Shown one piece after another: positions 24,653 through 38,520 of a DNA stretch of 64,000 nt. The notes beneath the pieces were generated by a model, which was not told the origin of the DNA, searched no databases, and was given only the letters and a program-made list of their open reading frames with translations. Location: NCBI GenBank assembly GCA_030704615.1, contig CM060733.1, positions 3,348,001 through 3,412,000 of the forward strand, in the 5' to 3' direction. Both the position numbers and the translations under genes were made by a program. The stretch's first letter is position 1, and each line of letters begins with the position of its first letter. The stretch comes from Takakia lepidozioides. Lineage: Eukaryota; Plantae; Bryophyta.

Positions 24653-26759
24653 GTCTTCCTTGTTCTTCCACCTCCCAACTGTCGTGAAACAAAACGAAGT
24701 ATCCGGGCACAATGCTCAGCGATTGTGGCCGTAGCCCTTTTAAACTTTTTCAGGGTTCTACTCTCAAACGGCTACTCGGGCAAAAGTTTTAATCTCTGGG
24801 CTTGCAAATGTCCAGAATGATAGTTTGCTCACTGACCATTGAAACCTACAGAGCCTTAGTATAAAACATGTGCTCAAGTGCTTGAACTTTATGCATTTCG
24901 TCATAAGAAAATAGGAATGTAGGACGGTCGTATCGTGTCTTTTCTTTTCTGATCGACACTGGTACTGAAGTGGCATGCATTTTCTGCCTAATCCTCAATC
25001 TCTACGCAATCCTCATAAGTGTGTGATGATGGATAAGGAGCCAACTGTAAGCGGCAAGTCATCCTAGACCTCACGTAGGATGATGGTAGTCTAATGGGGA
25101 AAGGGTGACCTATGAAACCTGGAAAGGTATTGGAATAGAAAAATCCCAGAACCGCGCTCTCGAGTGTGTACAAGTTCTAGAAAGTATGCAACGGACAAAG
25201 GAGGCAAGACCCGTCACATAATACATATTTTCAAGGAGGCAGGTGGGTTACTCCAGGGAGCTATGGCGGCCCCTCAGTAAATGCACGTCGAATATCGAGT
25301 CGACACAAGTTGGTTCTTTCCCTGATTGGCATGAAATGATATGTGTGAGGTCTGTGGAAGGATCTGATAAGCAAGGGGCTTGAATTTCTAATTAGCCTGA
25401 ACAAGGACAATTTGTTTTGTGGTGTGGCACCAAGTTCATGGTTGCCTCCTCGCCCACAAAAAATGGTCACAAAACTTTAATGAGATGTGTGCAGTACACC
25501 ACGTTATCGATTTGTCACGTTTAAAAAATGATCCCTAAAGTAAGGAACTGGACGTCAAATCCAAGTAAGGATTGTTTCTAGATCATTTATGCATTTCAGA
25601 TGCTTTGGCTTAATTGGTTGCCGTATCTGGCAACGGTGTAAGTTCCATGAAGTTAGACTGTAGACAAATTTATAGCATACGAGTTCAGCTTTCTCGCAAA
25701 TCATATAGAGATCAGCCCGAGTATTTTTACCTTCCAAAGAACCGGGTACTTAGTTCCTCTGGAAGGGTGAACATTATCTACATTGAGTCCCCACAACGTC
25801 GGTCCTCATCCTTCCATCATGTCCTCTCTTCAAACACGTTTCCTACCTCGACCCATTCAAAGTGACCCACCACAAGATTGAGCCTGTAGCATTCAACAGA
25901 GAGTTTTTTAGGGGCATGGATGATCACGACAACCCCAGGACAGGGAATCCATCAGTTCACCTCCCCGACCTTATCCTCGTCCAGGGTCTGGATGGGAGCC
26001 CGAGAGGAAGGGAAGATTTAGTGCATGGTCCCGACCAAGTTGCAAATTTTGGAGAGAGAAAGGGGCCCGGCAATGAAGTGACCTGCACTTTGATTAACTG
26101 TGACAACAGACATCCCAGTGCGATCCCTTTCGGCCATAGTCTACACGACTGGTCCCAAGCCTGGACTCTTGCAACTGGACCCAGTGAGTCGTGACGACGT
26201 AGTTGCTCGAGATCCACACACATCAGCAGATTAGAAAAACCGATTTGGAAACCCTTCCATGTCTCACAGTTAGTTGTTGGAAATGGTAATGTCACTTCTG
26301 GTTGTGGATTATGTCTCTCTCAGTACTCAATGAATTATGGTGATTCGAAGTTTCAGTTAGGCGTAGGCATCCTGCAGCTAAAAGCTTGAAGCTACTACTG
26401 CAACATCGCAGCTGTCACCGTTTTGTTCCAGTGAGATTCTACCTTAACTGTTGTTTACAACTACAATCAAGTTTGTTGCAAGGGTCTGATCTACATGAAT
26501 TATGGACGAGATTGGAGGAGTTAGTGGATACATCGTCAGTGACAAAGCCCATGCACTGGCAATATTCAACTACTAGATGATTTCTCTTCATTACCCCGGA
26601 ATGTTGGAGAGTCAATCTCATATCATTAGGGTAGGAATTGCAAACACTGCAGTCTGATCAACTAGTATTAGTACTACTGCGAAGGGGGGTTTAAAAACAG
26701 TAGGAATTTTATTAATATAAATATTTAATGAACAGATGGGTATGAATTTGTTTTATTAC

Positions 26760-26973
26760 AAAAAAGGAAACGTGAGAACCACGGGGTGTTCACAGTCCAG
26801 GCCCTTGAGGAGGGGGAAAAGTTAACCACCTTTTCCAAGCCATTGGGCACACAAGAGAGAAACATCACCCAAGACCAGCAGGTCGCAAAACAAACTACAC
26901 CACAGAACAGAGTAGCAGGATTTGAACCCCGAACCACTAGGGTAACAGCACTTATCCAACTGAGCTACCCGCC
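26760..26973 (-). mobile_element. tRNA-derived SINE-like element
   Basis: Minus strand begins GGCGGGTAGCTCAGTTGG (A box)...GGTTCAAATCC (B box), with a shortened middle that cannot fold a full anticodon arm. 3' end approximate. Confidence 0.6.
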
Positions 26974-27020
26974 GCAAGGTGAAAATTTCTTTTGCAAGCT
27001 TGCAAGTTTCTAGGTGTTGA

Positions 27021-28871
27021 TCAGACAAACTTCAACAACATTCCTTCTATGGTTATTCCAGGTCCAAAACCAAGAGCAATTGTCCAGGGGTTCATTGGAG
27101 CGCTGGAAGCTTTTTTGTCATTCCAAAGCTTGTGGAGCACAAAAATGAGTGTAGATGAACTCATGTTTCCATACTGGTCCAGAATAGCCCTGCCAAAACC
27201 ACCACAAGTACAGAAATAGTACAGATACGTGTAACCCATGTACTGAAAGTGATGTTCAAAACTGTCTAGCTGCACATATGACAATCACATTGATATCATT
27301 GATAGTATTATGCAAATGCACTCTATCAACTGCTACAGTATGGCATCTGAACTGACTTTTGTTTTTTTGAAGTGACATGCCAAATGTTATATGCAAGTAC
27401 ATTGGAGATCATAGATTCTACCGACCACTATCTGGCTAAAGAAAGTGAAGTGGTAGAAGAAACCTGGATACTTCGAGCTGGTTAGGTGCCAGCTGACAAC
27501 CTTTTTGAACTCTGTCAAGAATAGTTTTCCCACCCGGATGCACAGCCCAGTTAAGACAATGGAAGTTTAGGTCAGTCTCCTTCAACATTGTAGCCACAAA
27601 CTCCTTGGAATGGGTGGCAACGATCTCTGGAAGAGTCTTACTCAAGGAGGCTATGAGCCCTGACTGGGTAATCTGTGCGCTGATGCAGTGATCCGTATTA
27701 GGAATGTATGATGTATTAGACTTGTGGATTTCGTAGATAGGAGTCTCAGTTATGATGGGTTGTGCTCCAATCACAACGGCTGCTGCTCCATCTCCAAATA
27801 TCGCTGCACAAACTATGTTGTTCATCCCACAAGTAGCAGGATCCACCGCTTGACCCTGACAAGAGTTAACCTCCACACAAACAACCAGGACTCGATTGAT
27901 AGGGTCTCCACTGGAAATCTCTGCTGCAGTACGCATAGCCACAAGGCCTGCATGACAACCCAGAAAGGAAAAGCCGAAGTGCTTGATAGTGTGGGCAAGG
28001 CCAAAGCCTTTTATGAGCCGCATATCCATGCCTGGGAAAATCATTCCAGTAGTGGAATATGTGATCAGGTGGGTGATCTTTGATTTGTCCCCTCCCCAAT
28101 CATCGATGGCTCTGGCGACAGCAAGGGCTGCGATCTCCATGGCTGCTCCCTCGAACAATGCGAAACGGTCATTCAGCGAGGGTGCTCCATGCGTGAGCAT
28201 GTTGGGGTTAGCACTGTAGATCTTGGGCGTAATTGCTAGATGTCTTTTTGTAATCCCAGTGCTCTTGGCTGTAAGAAAATCACAAGAAAATGGTCACATT
28301 TGATTGCGTTATAAATAAGTTGAATTCTACATAATAATTGCAAATTTCTATGGGACGTAATAACATAGCAGGATTCTCGATGAAGTATTTGAGAAAATAT
28401 TTCAAGAGCTTAAATAGTCTATAGATTTTCGGGTTGTAAACCAAAAACCAAAACCTCAGGTCCAATATCTCTGGGAAATACCCAACCGTCCCTGACAGGT
28501 CCATATATGGTATTAAGAACTCTCCATGTCCTTTCTTTCATTTCTAGGATTACTTAATTAACTAGACTATTTTTTTCTTTAGCTATTCGAGGCAGATAAT
28601 TTCATTTTGATATGGAAATAGTTCTTATTGCAGTACAGGTCTTTATGGGTTTAATATACTCACAAACTCGCCTACAAAACTCCTGGACTGCAGGGTTGGT
28701 GTAGTTGAATCCCTCAATCAGCTCGTCCGCAAATCCGTCCGTCTTTGTAATGGAATCCGGATTAGCTATCCCAATGCCCAAGATATTTGGCAGCACAGAT
28801 GGTGGACTTCTCTTTGTCGCTGCCATGAAACCATTTGCATAAGATAGCCCATCGGATGCTGCTCCAGTCAT
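27021..28871 (-). CDS. Type III polyketide synthase, ORS (alkylresorcinol synthase)-like; 3 exons: 28871-28664, 28268-27464, 27189-27021
   Basis: Catalytic triad in FLGCHAG, AVHPGG and YGNMSS, plus IFGDGAAA and GFGPG. The first intron is at the conserved CHS-family position. Q occupies the CHS Thr197 position and A the Phe265 position. Confidence 0.92.
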
Positions 28872-31734
28872 TATGAATTAGACTCCTGCAACTTCAGAGT
28901 GCCCATTTAGTATGGTCGACCGCTGCCATGTTAGTTGTCGCTAATGGTAAAAGATTGCATTGGATACTTCAACAAATCAAGCCTCAAAGTAAAACACCTT
29001 GACCCTAATTAGACTAGCAGGAGGATCACACTCTTAAGAGAATAATGATAATAATAAGAACATGAAAGCTTAAGTATATATATGTAGTCGATTGGCTCTG
29101 CAGAGGCTGGATTGTGGCATCCACCTTTGCAGTGCCTGGAAAAAATGAGGATGAAATTCTTACATAGTAATATGAAAAATGTGTCCCTACGATCCTACAG
29201 GTGGTCGCTGACTTTTGCTAAGAAGTGCTAAGACTGCACAGGAGGTTCAAATACAGAGAAAGAAGAGAGTTCACTGACAAAGTGAACTCATTGCTATGAA
29301 AGATTGATCACTCTGCTAATCAATAGCTAGAGAGACACCTCATTTCACTCACACTCGTGACTTGTATTTGAGCCAAATCATGGCCTGAAACGTATTCACG
29401 ATTCCCAACAATATGATCAAAGCTCACATAGATGCAAAAACAATTAGCTACTGTTAGTTTCCACACACCAACGTTGCAGCTACGTTAGTCAATCCAAGTG
29501 GAGCAAGGCTATTTTGATGATACCAATGAATTATATGTTTGAGCATGGACCTCTAGCATATATATTCGCATGAAATGGTTGTGAACCCTTATAGTGGCTA
29601 ACTAGGGGGACATTGTATCTGCACACATCATAAGGCAAATTGAAGCGGACGTTGATGACTAACCTGGAAATGCCACCACATAAAGATGCGAGAATATGTG
29701 GACGAAGGAGCACTTGGATGCAGTCCTACAAATTATGGTGGGCAAGCTGTTGGAGATAAGCTCAGTGTGCAAGAATGATCGAAATCTCGTAAGTATCACC
29801 ACCTACGTTAGCGATCGCAACGACTGGGTAGGCTAGGCTAAATGTGACAGACTACTGCGATCTAAATCTGTACACAAAGTTCATTAACCAAGGTGGATGC
29901 CAGCCAGCACTAGCGAACGCACCAACACGATCTATCAATCTAGCGAGTACCAAGCTCTTGGCGGCCAATATCCGCGCACCTCCAACAACACTTCACACCA
30001 CCAAGCCACCAAGCAATAGAGATGGATCTGATCGGACACTGCCCCCGAGCCAAGGAGAGCACTGAACACTCGCTCATGCACTCACTCTTATATACAGACT
30101 AGATCATAGCGGGGCAGAGAAAAGCAGAAGCAAGAGGCAGGCTCGAGGCCGGACGACCTCGGGAGGACTTTGTTGACCCCTAATTACAACCACTCTCGGG
30201 GAGAACTTTGGGGATCCGTAATTAGCGGCACTCTCGGGAGACACAGTGAGCAGCGACAATATAATTAATCCTTGAAATATTGTAGAGTTCACATTTAATA
30301 CTGCAGTTCTTATCTCCACATTGGGCCATCCTCAAAAAACTAAATGATTTTGTCGCCTTATCTCCACAAATGATGTGACTACATGCATCCACCGCCCATT
30401 CATCCGACAACCAGTTTTCGCTGCCCTTCGCGTCAGCCTATCCTGCCGCTCGACAGCTCCATGGATAGGAAATAATAATATGAAAGTTTTCCGCTCCCAG
30501 GTTTTTTAGGGCTTCCGTCCCCTTTCTTTAATATTAAAGAATCAAATACATATTTTTCTTCAATAAATAGACCCCTGTTGTTCCTTGCCCCTGCATAACA
30601 GAGATGATCCGGGGTTCAATCCCTCTAGATGTTCTTCAAGGGGCTACACGTTGAGCAGTAGGCTCCGTTTCCCTAAAACATACTTTGACTTTAACCCTCT
30701 TTACGAGGTTATTTTTCCTGGGTTCTTTTACTGGTGATTCGATTTCTACGGTCCCTGTTTTAAAATTTAAGAAAAAATAAAACACTCAAATTTATTTTTG
30801 GTGAATTTCCTCGTTTTGGAACTCGCAGGCTCCAGCTAAGCGCGTCCTTCCATGTGGTCAAACCTGACCAAAAGATGATGTCATCACTGGCCTATGGAAT
30901 GTGTGCTTTGGAAGGAGACGGGCAAGGCAACCTTACGTCTTGGGAAATCGGGTGGCTACATGGACGGACCCGTAGCAAAGCCACTGGTCGGGCCCTTGGT
31001 CAAATCCTTTCCCACGATGACGTCATTAGACTGGGTCGGGTCTACATGGAAACAGGCTCTAACAAGTGAGCCTGGATTACTCACATTAATGTGTATAGAT
31101 ATATTGTTTTTAAAGGAAAGTATAGATATAAATGTAGATAATTTCTTTTTCTGTCTCCAGAAGAGAGAACACTGAAAAAAAAGAAAAAAGAAAAAAGAAA
31201 ACACTGAAAGAGCACGAAGAAATTAACCATGGCTACTTGAAGTCCTCACAAATCAGGTCCTCTTTCATGGACCAAAGTATGTCGATGGCAAGATGTGACT
31301 AGAAACTTGAAAGCCATCAGCAAATTGCTGTAGGTAGACCTCCCTGTTTTGCCAATCCGTAGGTAAATAATATTAAATATTATGGAATTAAGTTGTTGTA
31401 TAATCATAATGTTAATAGGTAGTACATTTGGAGTGAGATAAAAATAAAAAAAATAAAAAATAACAATTTTGTCATAAAAGTCACATTGAACACATCATTG
31501 GGCACCTATGGTAGTCAATATGTACTAGAGAACGCGCCCCCTAGGGCTCATTATAGCTCCTAGTGAGTCACTAGGGCGAGGCGCCTCAGAATTTTGTGTG
31601 GCCTCGTCGTTATGAGGCCACACGCTGCAGAGGGGACAGCCCCTCCTGTCACGGGCCCCGCACGCTTGGGGCCTTGACCTGCAGCCCCTCCTCATTCCTG
31701 CCCGCCCCTAACCTCCTGCCCAAGACCCTCCTGG

Positions 31735-31873
31735 CCTAACCCCCAACTAACCTAACCTAACCCCAATCTGACCTGACCCTCAACCCTAACCTGACCCAAC
31801 CGACCTGACCCAAGCCCAACCTAACCTACCCCTCACCCTAACCCGACCTTAATCTAACCCCTCAACCCAACCC
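31735..31873. repeat. Degenerate C-rich CCTAA/CCTGA/CCCAA pentamer tract
   Basis: About 25 imperfect pentamers seen directly. Confidence 0.7.
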
Positions 31874-32524
31874 ATAGTCCACTTTTGAACCAGGGCTAGT
31901 TATCGTCTCTCTCTCTCCATCAACGTAGGCCTTGTCGACCAGCTTTGCTATCGAACTTCAATAGCTTTCTCTTTCATGCATCATCATCATCAGCTTCTAT
32001 TAGTTCACATGAGGAAAGGAGGAGGAAAGGAGAAGGTGGAAGAGGAGGTGCAAAGAAGAATCACAAATACAAGGTTTTTCTTTTGTATTGATAATTACTT
32101 GTAGATAGTGTGTTGACAACTTCTTGTAGATAGTCATTTTCATTCAATTTTAGGTTGGATCTTTGTTTCTCTTTCTCACTTCTCGCTCTCGCTCTCACTC
32201 TTATTCATTTTCATAGTACAACCTAGATAGACATTTCATTTCAAGTTTAGATTAATTTAAATTCTCTTTTGTCTCTTTTTCTATGGTTTTTCTTTTTATC
32301 TCCCTCTCTCTCGCTCTCCATCTCTTTCTTTCTCTCTCTCACTCTTTCACACAATAGCATTAGGAGGATTTTATAGATTTGTTACTAATCTATCTTCCAT
32401 AATATGACTTCTTCTCAATTTTTAGAATAAACACGGCAATAGAAGGCATGGACTACGAGCCTCTGAGCTCCAGTAGGCTCTAAATATCTTTCATTGCATT
32501 GAGGATGTAGTTGCGGAATCTTAC

Positions 32525-34974
32525 ATGGCAGAACGATTTGAAGTACAAAATCCTACTTCTAAAGTGTTTAGGTTTGGGGATTTGAAATGGATTCCACAAA
32601 CACGGTGGGGAGGTGGAAAGAAGGTGAACTGTATTATTGCGTATATTCCATGGGACCGCGTGAAGGATTTTATTGAAGGAGAGAAACAACACCCACATGC
32701 CCCTACAAATTTCACACTTTACAAGAGTCGGAAAGGAGATCCAAATCTGTCAGTTCCCAATGACGACAGTTTCATTACCCACAAATGGTATGCTACTTAA
32801 GCTTATGTACTTTGAGTGTTTTTTTCTATGATGCATTGTTTGTACCTTATCTTTTATCTAGTACCATAATGGAAATTAGTTGAATAAGAAGTGGATGATC
32901 AAACTATAGGTACCAATGTGTGTGGGGCACACGACATTACCATCAACAGCCATTGCCACCCAAAATTCCAAATCGCAAGAAACGAAGAGACAAAAGTGCG
33001 CTTGGCGAAACATCTAATCGCGGTTGTCTCTACAAATTCTCAGTCAAACAATTATTCTTGTATCCATCAATTGCGGAGGTGGCATTTTATCGTTGGGACC
33101 ATACAGACGCGGAAGGCAATCCTAGCCATGGGATTTTGGATCATCGGTCAGTTAACACTCGGAATACAAACGAGCTACCAAAAACAGAAAATGTTGGAGT
33201 GGGGACATGAAGGATTGGTATCGTGCGATGCCACATTTGGCACAAATAACCAAAAGTTCAAATTGTTCACTCTGTTGGTATTTGATAAACAGTTCAATGG
33301 TGTGCCTGTAGCATGGATAGTCACAAGCAGAGGACAAGCCAATGATCTTGTACAGTGGATGACAGCACTTCAGGCTTATATAAAAGATTATGATCCACAT
33401 TGGTTACCTTCATTTTTCATTGTTGATGATGCAGATGCAGAGATCAATGCTATAAGGTATATTCAATTCTCTTATTTGCGCTTACAATTTGTTTTCAACA
33501 TGTTTATCGTGCATGTTCGCATGTTGCGGTTTGTACTTAGAGTGAAATGATGAATATTAATTTTGTTAAGATTTTTTGGTGATTGCAGGAAAGTGTGGGG
33601 GCCATCTATGCCCATTTTTCTCTGTTTGTGGCATGTTCAGAAGGCATGGAGAAAGAATGCTTGCAGTAAGGTGGGAGATATTGTTGTCCGCAGTGCACTA
33701 TTGGAGGGTCTTCGTCACATTATGTATATGTCATCCTTGCCAAACGAAAGTCCCAGAGACATCAAGATCAAAGCAATTAACAGTGTGAATGCATTATTCA
33801 TGAAGTACCCTACCGAAAGGGTTTTTGAGCAATATTTCCGTAGGGAATGGCTTTCCAAAACGAAAATGTGGGTGACAAGTATTCGAAAAGTTCCACATGC
33901 TGGTCAAGAAACCAATGCAGCCATTGAGGCTTACCATGGTAATTTAAAGTCTCGACTATCTGAGTCGAAAAAAACTATGAAGGGCAGGAGAGTGGATTGG
34001 CTTATATATGGATTGGTGGGCGATGTTGCAAGACATTATTCATACATGGACCACATGAAGACCAACGGGTTTGTGACTAATTCCAAAGCAGAATTGTTGA
34101 TTGAAAGTTCTGTTGTGAGAGCAAGCAATATACTTGACTCCGATGTTGTGTATCCATCAAGGGATGGAGAGCCCTTTCAGGTACGAAGCACTCAACATCC
34201 TTTCACAAAATTCCATCAAAGTATATAATCCCATAGGTGAATGGGCATGTTGCACATGTGATTGGGCATTGCGGGACAACTTGTGTAAACATCAAATTAA
34301 GGTTATACAACTGATCAAAAACATCCCTGGTACTCAATTTGTGCGAATTTGTGGTGCCGAGTTGGGAGCTACTGGGAGCGATCTTCATGCCTTATTTGAA
34401 GACACCAACAACTCACACCACACAGAACTCATGTTGGAATTCCTTATTTATGTACATCTTATATTTTTGTAAGGTATAAAAACCTATATATATCTATATC
34501 TATATCTATATATATCTATATCTATAATGAAACAACTATAAGCAAAGTGTATTTCTTATAATATATCCATGTGGGTTAATATAATGTTATTTTCATTTGT
34601 TATGGCATACAGACGAAGCTTCCCCAATTGACAACCTACCTTCCTGTCAAAACATTTGTGATATTGTGAAGTCTGATATGCGATCTATTGCCAAAACAAT
34701 GGAAGACATCATTCATACTATGGAAGGGGCTAGTCCACAATTGGTTGGTCATACTCTGGCTATGGTGAAAGCAGTGTATGGTGAAGTGCGATCGCTGAAG
34801 AGTTTAGCAGAAGAAGACATGATGCATCCTTCTCAAGCCTTTCGGAAAATCGACGATAATGGTGACAACCCCATTCGCCGAAAGAAAGATTTTTTGGAAC
34901 GTAGTAAAGGTTGGAAGCGCACGAAAACATCCGGAAATGACACTATGCATGTTAGTCTAGCCCATAGTTCATGA
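32525..34974 (+). pseudogene. Mutator-like (MULE) DDE transposase with SWIM zinc finger, spliced, frameshifted
   Basis: CDATFGTN, GVPVAW, FIVDDADAE, LCLWHVQKAW, TNAAIEAYHGNLK and SWIM CTCDWALRDNLCKH. The N-terminus EVQNP...GDLKW...IPWDRVKDFIEGE resembles plant SWIM/MULE genes of the At1g60560 type. Frame changes occur at ~33150 and ~34215. Confidence 0.85.
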
Positions 34975-35149
34975 AAACATTGAGCAACGAAGAATGTCTA
35001 TATGGATTTCTTGCTATATTATAAAATGTGAAGCCCCGGGGTCGCTTCTTGTTGATGCCAATAAACAAACACTAAATTATACTTCGGTCAAGCTTCAAAA
35101 CCCATAAACTTCATGGAAAATGGTTGAAAACTTGACAATATCTTGAATC

Positions 35150-36600
35150 TCATACTACCTACGTGAAGGTAATTCTTCAAAGATAGTTTGGCATTAACCA
35201 ATAGTGAGTGTTGTTGGAAATAGGGCACTACCCACATGCAAGTAGTCCCAAAGTTTCAGGAAAATTGGGGGGTGCCAAACTACCTACGTGTGGGTAGCCC
35301 AGAAAAGACCTCTCTAAGTTGTTGGAAATAAGGCACTACCCACGTGCAAGTAGTCCCAAAGTCTCTGGAATATTTATCTATGCCTGACTACCTTCGTGCA
35401 GGTAATTCGGAAAAGACCCTTTCTAAGTTGGAAATAAGGTCGGTACCTACGTGTAGGTAGTCCGAAAGCCTCTGGTACATTTAGGTGTGCCCAAGTACCT
35501 ACGTGCAAGTAGTCGAGAAAAGACCTCTCAAAGTTCTTGAAAATAAAGTCAGTACCTACCTAGTAGTCGGAAATGACCACCCTAATAACTCGCCAGTCCC
35601 TACCCACTACCTGCACGTGAGTAGTGACATTTCCAACAACTTACGGAAGGCCATTCTCAGACTAGGTCGATTTTCAAAGGATTTTAAAGTAAACGTAGTT
35701 CCAACATTGTTAAATGCATTGCAAGTTTGGGACTACCTGCACGTGGGTAGTACCTTTATTTGCAACTTATGGGAAGAGTACATTTTTCGGACTACCTGCA
35801 CGTAGGTAGTTTGGTGTACTAAAATTTTCCAGCAAGTTGGTGCACGTGGGTAGTGCCTTTATTTGCAACTTATGGGAAGAGTACTTTTTTCGGACTACCT
35901 GCACGTAGGTAGTTTGGTGTACTAAAATTTTCCAGCAAGTTGGTGCACGTGGGTAGTGCCTTTATTTGCAACTTATGGAAAGAGTAATTTTCTCCGACTA
36001 CCTGCACGTAGGTAGTTTGGTGTACTAAAATTTTCCAGCAAGTTGGGGACTACATGCACATGGGTAGTGCGTTTATTTCCAACTTAGGAGAGGGTCTTTT
36101 TTCGGACTACCTGCACGTAGGTAGTTTGATGTACTAAAATTTTCCAGCAAGTTCGGGACTACCTGCACGGGGGTAGTTCCTTTATTTCCAACTTAGGATA
36201 CTTTTTAAGGACTACTTGCACGTAGGTAGTTTGGGATAGTCAAGTTTTCCAGCAAGTTAGGGACTACCTGCACGTGGGTAGTGCCTTTATTTCCAACTTG
36301 GGAGATGGGACTTTTTCTGGACTACCAACACGTAGTAGTTTGGGTAGTCAAGTTTTCCAGCAAGTTCGGGACTACCGGCACGTAGGTAGTGCCTTTATTT
36401 CCATCTTAGAGAGTCTTTTTCCGGACTACCTACATGTAGGTAGTTTGTTGTAGATAAATTTTCCAGCAAGTTTGGGACTACCTGCACGTGGGTAGTGCCT
36501 TTATTTCCAACTAAGAGAGGTCTTTTTCGGACTACTTACATGTAGGTAGTTTGGTATAGATCATTCAGGGCCTACTCACACTAGCTAGTTTGGTATAGCT
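35150..36600. repeat. Two oppositely oriented arrays of ~105-110 bp units, each with two near-palindromic ACTACC-TGCACGT(A/G)-GGTAGT motifs
   Basis: CGGACTAC unit starts recur at ~35788, 35891, 35995, 36103, 36209, 36319, 36422 and 36528. The reverse-complement form (GTTGGAAATAAGGCACTACCCACGTGCAAGTAGTCCCAAA) occurs at 35150-35630. Confidence 0.9.
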
Positions 36601-37064
36601 CAATAATCTTAAGACATTGTAATGACTAGGTAGTGATATAATTTCCAATGACTTGAGTCTTGAGGAAGGTAGTTTCATAAAAGAAATGATAAAATGGGTA
36701 ATGGACCGAATGTGATATCCTTCATGACGACCATGTAGGTACTCTTGTGAAGCCCCATAAACTAGAAGACAGAGTGTGCATTAATGCGTGGGCTATGATG
36801 CATGTAGGTAGTATTGAGTGAATGTCCAACTATCTTTCTTAATGGGTCAATACACAAGAAAAAATTGAAATGTCTTGGAATTTTTATACATGTAACGTGT
36901 CGGTACAACTGTCTTGAGTGATCTTGCTTGCACATTTATCCCCTAGTTCTCCCAATAAGAAGGCGAGCCCCTATGCCATCACCCATGCTCGCAAAATATT
37001 GAGATTCTGAAGTAAATCCCATCGATTCGAGTTGTTCACGAGTGGGTGTTACTCTCGTATGAGG

Positions 37065-38520
37065 TCATGTACTTAGTGAGGTGACACGAGCATGGGCACG
37101 ACCACGTCCACGACCTCGACCTCGACCTCGACTAGTAGAAGCAATATGATCTTCCACTATTTGGGCTACACTATCCTCATGGGCGGTTTCATGTTCCTCG
37201 GGATTAACTGAGAATGTCCACAGGAGAATTCTCATAGATGGAAGGAGTTGGAATAACCTCACTTTCGTCCACGTTCTTCTCCAACTGTGAGACGGAGTCA
37301 ACTGTAGAAACCTGGACATCGACCATCATTTCTTGGCTTTGTGAGGTTGAACCGTGCTCATGAATAGGAGACGATGCAGGACTTTCCTCATTATAGACAA
37401 CAAGACCCGTTGAAGTGGATGGGAGATTGCCCGTATATTCATCTCGTGCCTCTGCAAGAACACTATCAATTGTGAGGACACGACCATCACTTGTCTTCTC
37501 TGGACTCCTCTCCGGACAAATAAATAGATCCACATCTTCACCATCCGGACCACATCCACCATGGACATACGTTGCATGTGGACAAGTCAATGAATGCAAA
37601 CCTTCATCATTCGGATCGTCATCTCCACCATCGTGCACCTCATTGTCCGAAATCTCTTCACTTGAGTCAAATACAGGCAATCCATGTTTGAGCATGTATG
37701 TCATTGTTGCCACATTACTTTGTTCCACGCGCATGTTCTCCTTCAGTTTCCAAGTCGCCATGGCTTTCGACACATAAGAAGCCATGAAGTCGTCCTTGCT
37801 TTTCTCCCATCTACAAAAACATGTGTACATTTGTGACTTTGAAGCAAACAAAGAAACATATACATACAAACAAGACGCCGAACATATACATCAAATGAAT
37901 CAAACAAAAACATATTTGTAACTCTCCAACGTACACTTTGTTGATCATGATACTCCAAAGTCGAATCCAGTTGCTGAATGCGAGACTCCAACCCACTATC
38001 CCACCTACTTTTTGTCCATGTTTTCCTCATGTCTGCCTATTCAGCTTTGGAGTAGTTGTTGGTTTTCAATTTCTTGAAAAGACCCAACACATACTCTCGG
38101 GTGTTGTGGTCATTTAATTTACGGAGATCTCGCAACTCTTCATCTCCCCAACAGTTGATACCTGTAGCAGCATACATGTCCACGTCCAAAACCTCCGCAA
38201 GTAACGGTTTGGGGATCCACTCAGGCATAGGGGCCAAACCCGTGGTCTCTTTGTCATACAGCTTCTCTGCCGCAATTTGTATCTACGTCGTGCCTTACTT
38301 TGGGCATTGGCCAACCGTTTGTGAGATTAGAGAAAGTGTGCATGTTGTTGCGCTTGCTCTTTTCCTCATCATATGGTCTATTCATTCAAATCTGCGCCTT
38401 CAGATTTGCCAGTTGCCATTACCAACCCATGACCTCCCTCATCATATGCATACTAAGCCCCGCTTTCCTACTATACCCCACTTTTGGGCCTTTCTGGCAT
38501 AATAGACACTTGTAAAATCC
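37065..38520 (-). pseudogene. Unknown spliced gene convergent with the MULE transposase (accessory, mudrB-like position)
   Basis: Overlapping ORFs 38037-38237, 37743-38030, 37204-37869 and 37065-37319 with a probable intron at ~37811-37930, an acidic region and an RGRGRGRGR tail. No recognisable domain. Confidence 0.45.

Noticed and set aside
25860-26330. Possible degenerate retroelement coding fragment
   Set aside because: No diagnostic motif could be recovered in any frame.
26900-26973. Functional tRNA gene
   Set aside because: A and B boxes are present but no complete cloverleaf could be folded, so it is treated as a SINE head.
31735-31873. Interstitial telomere
   Set aside because: Mostly degenerate pentamers, not CCCTAAA arrays.
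35150-36600. CRISPR-like array of palindromic repeats
   Set aside because: Spacers are themselves repeated rather than unique, there are no cas genes, and the context is a eukaryotic transposon.
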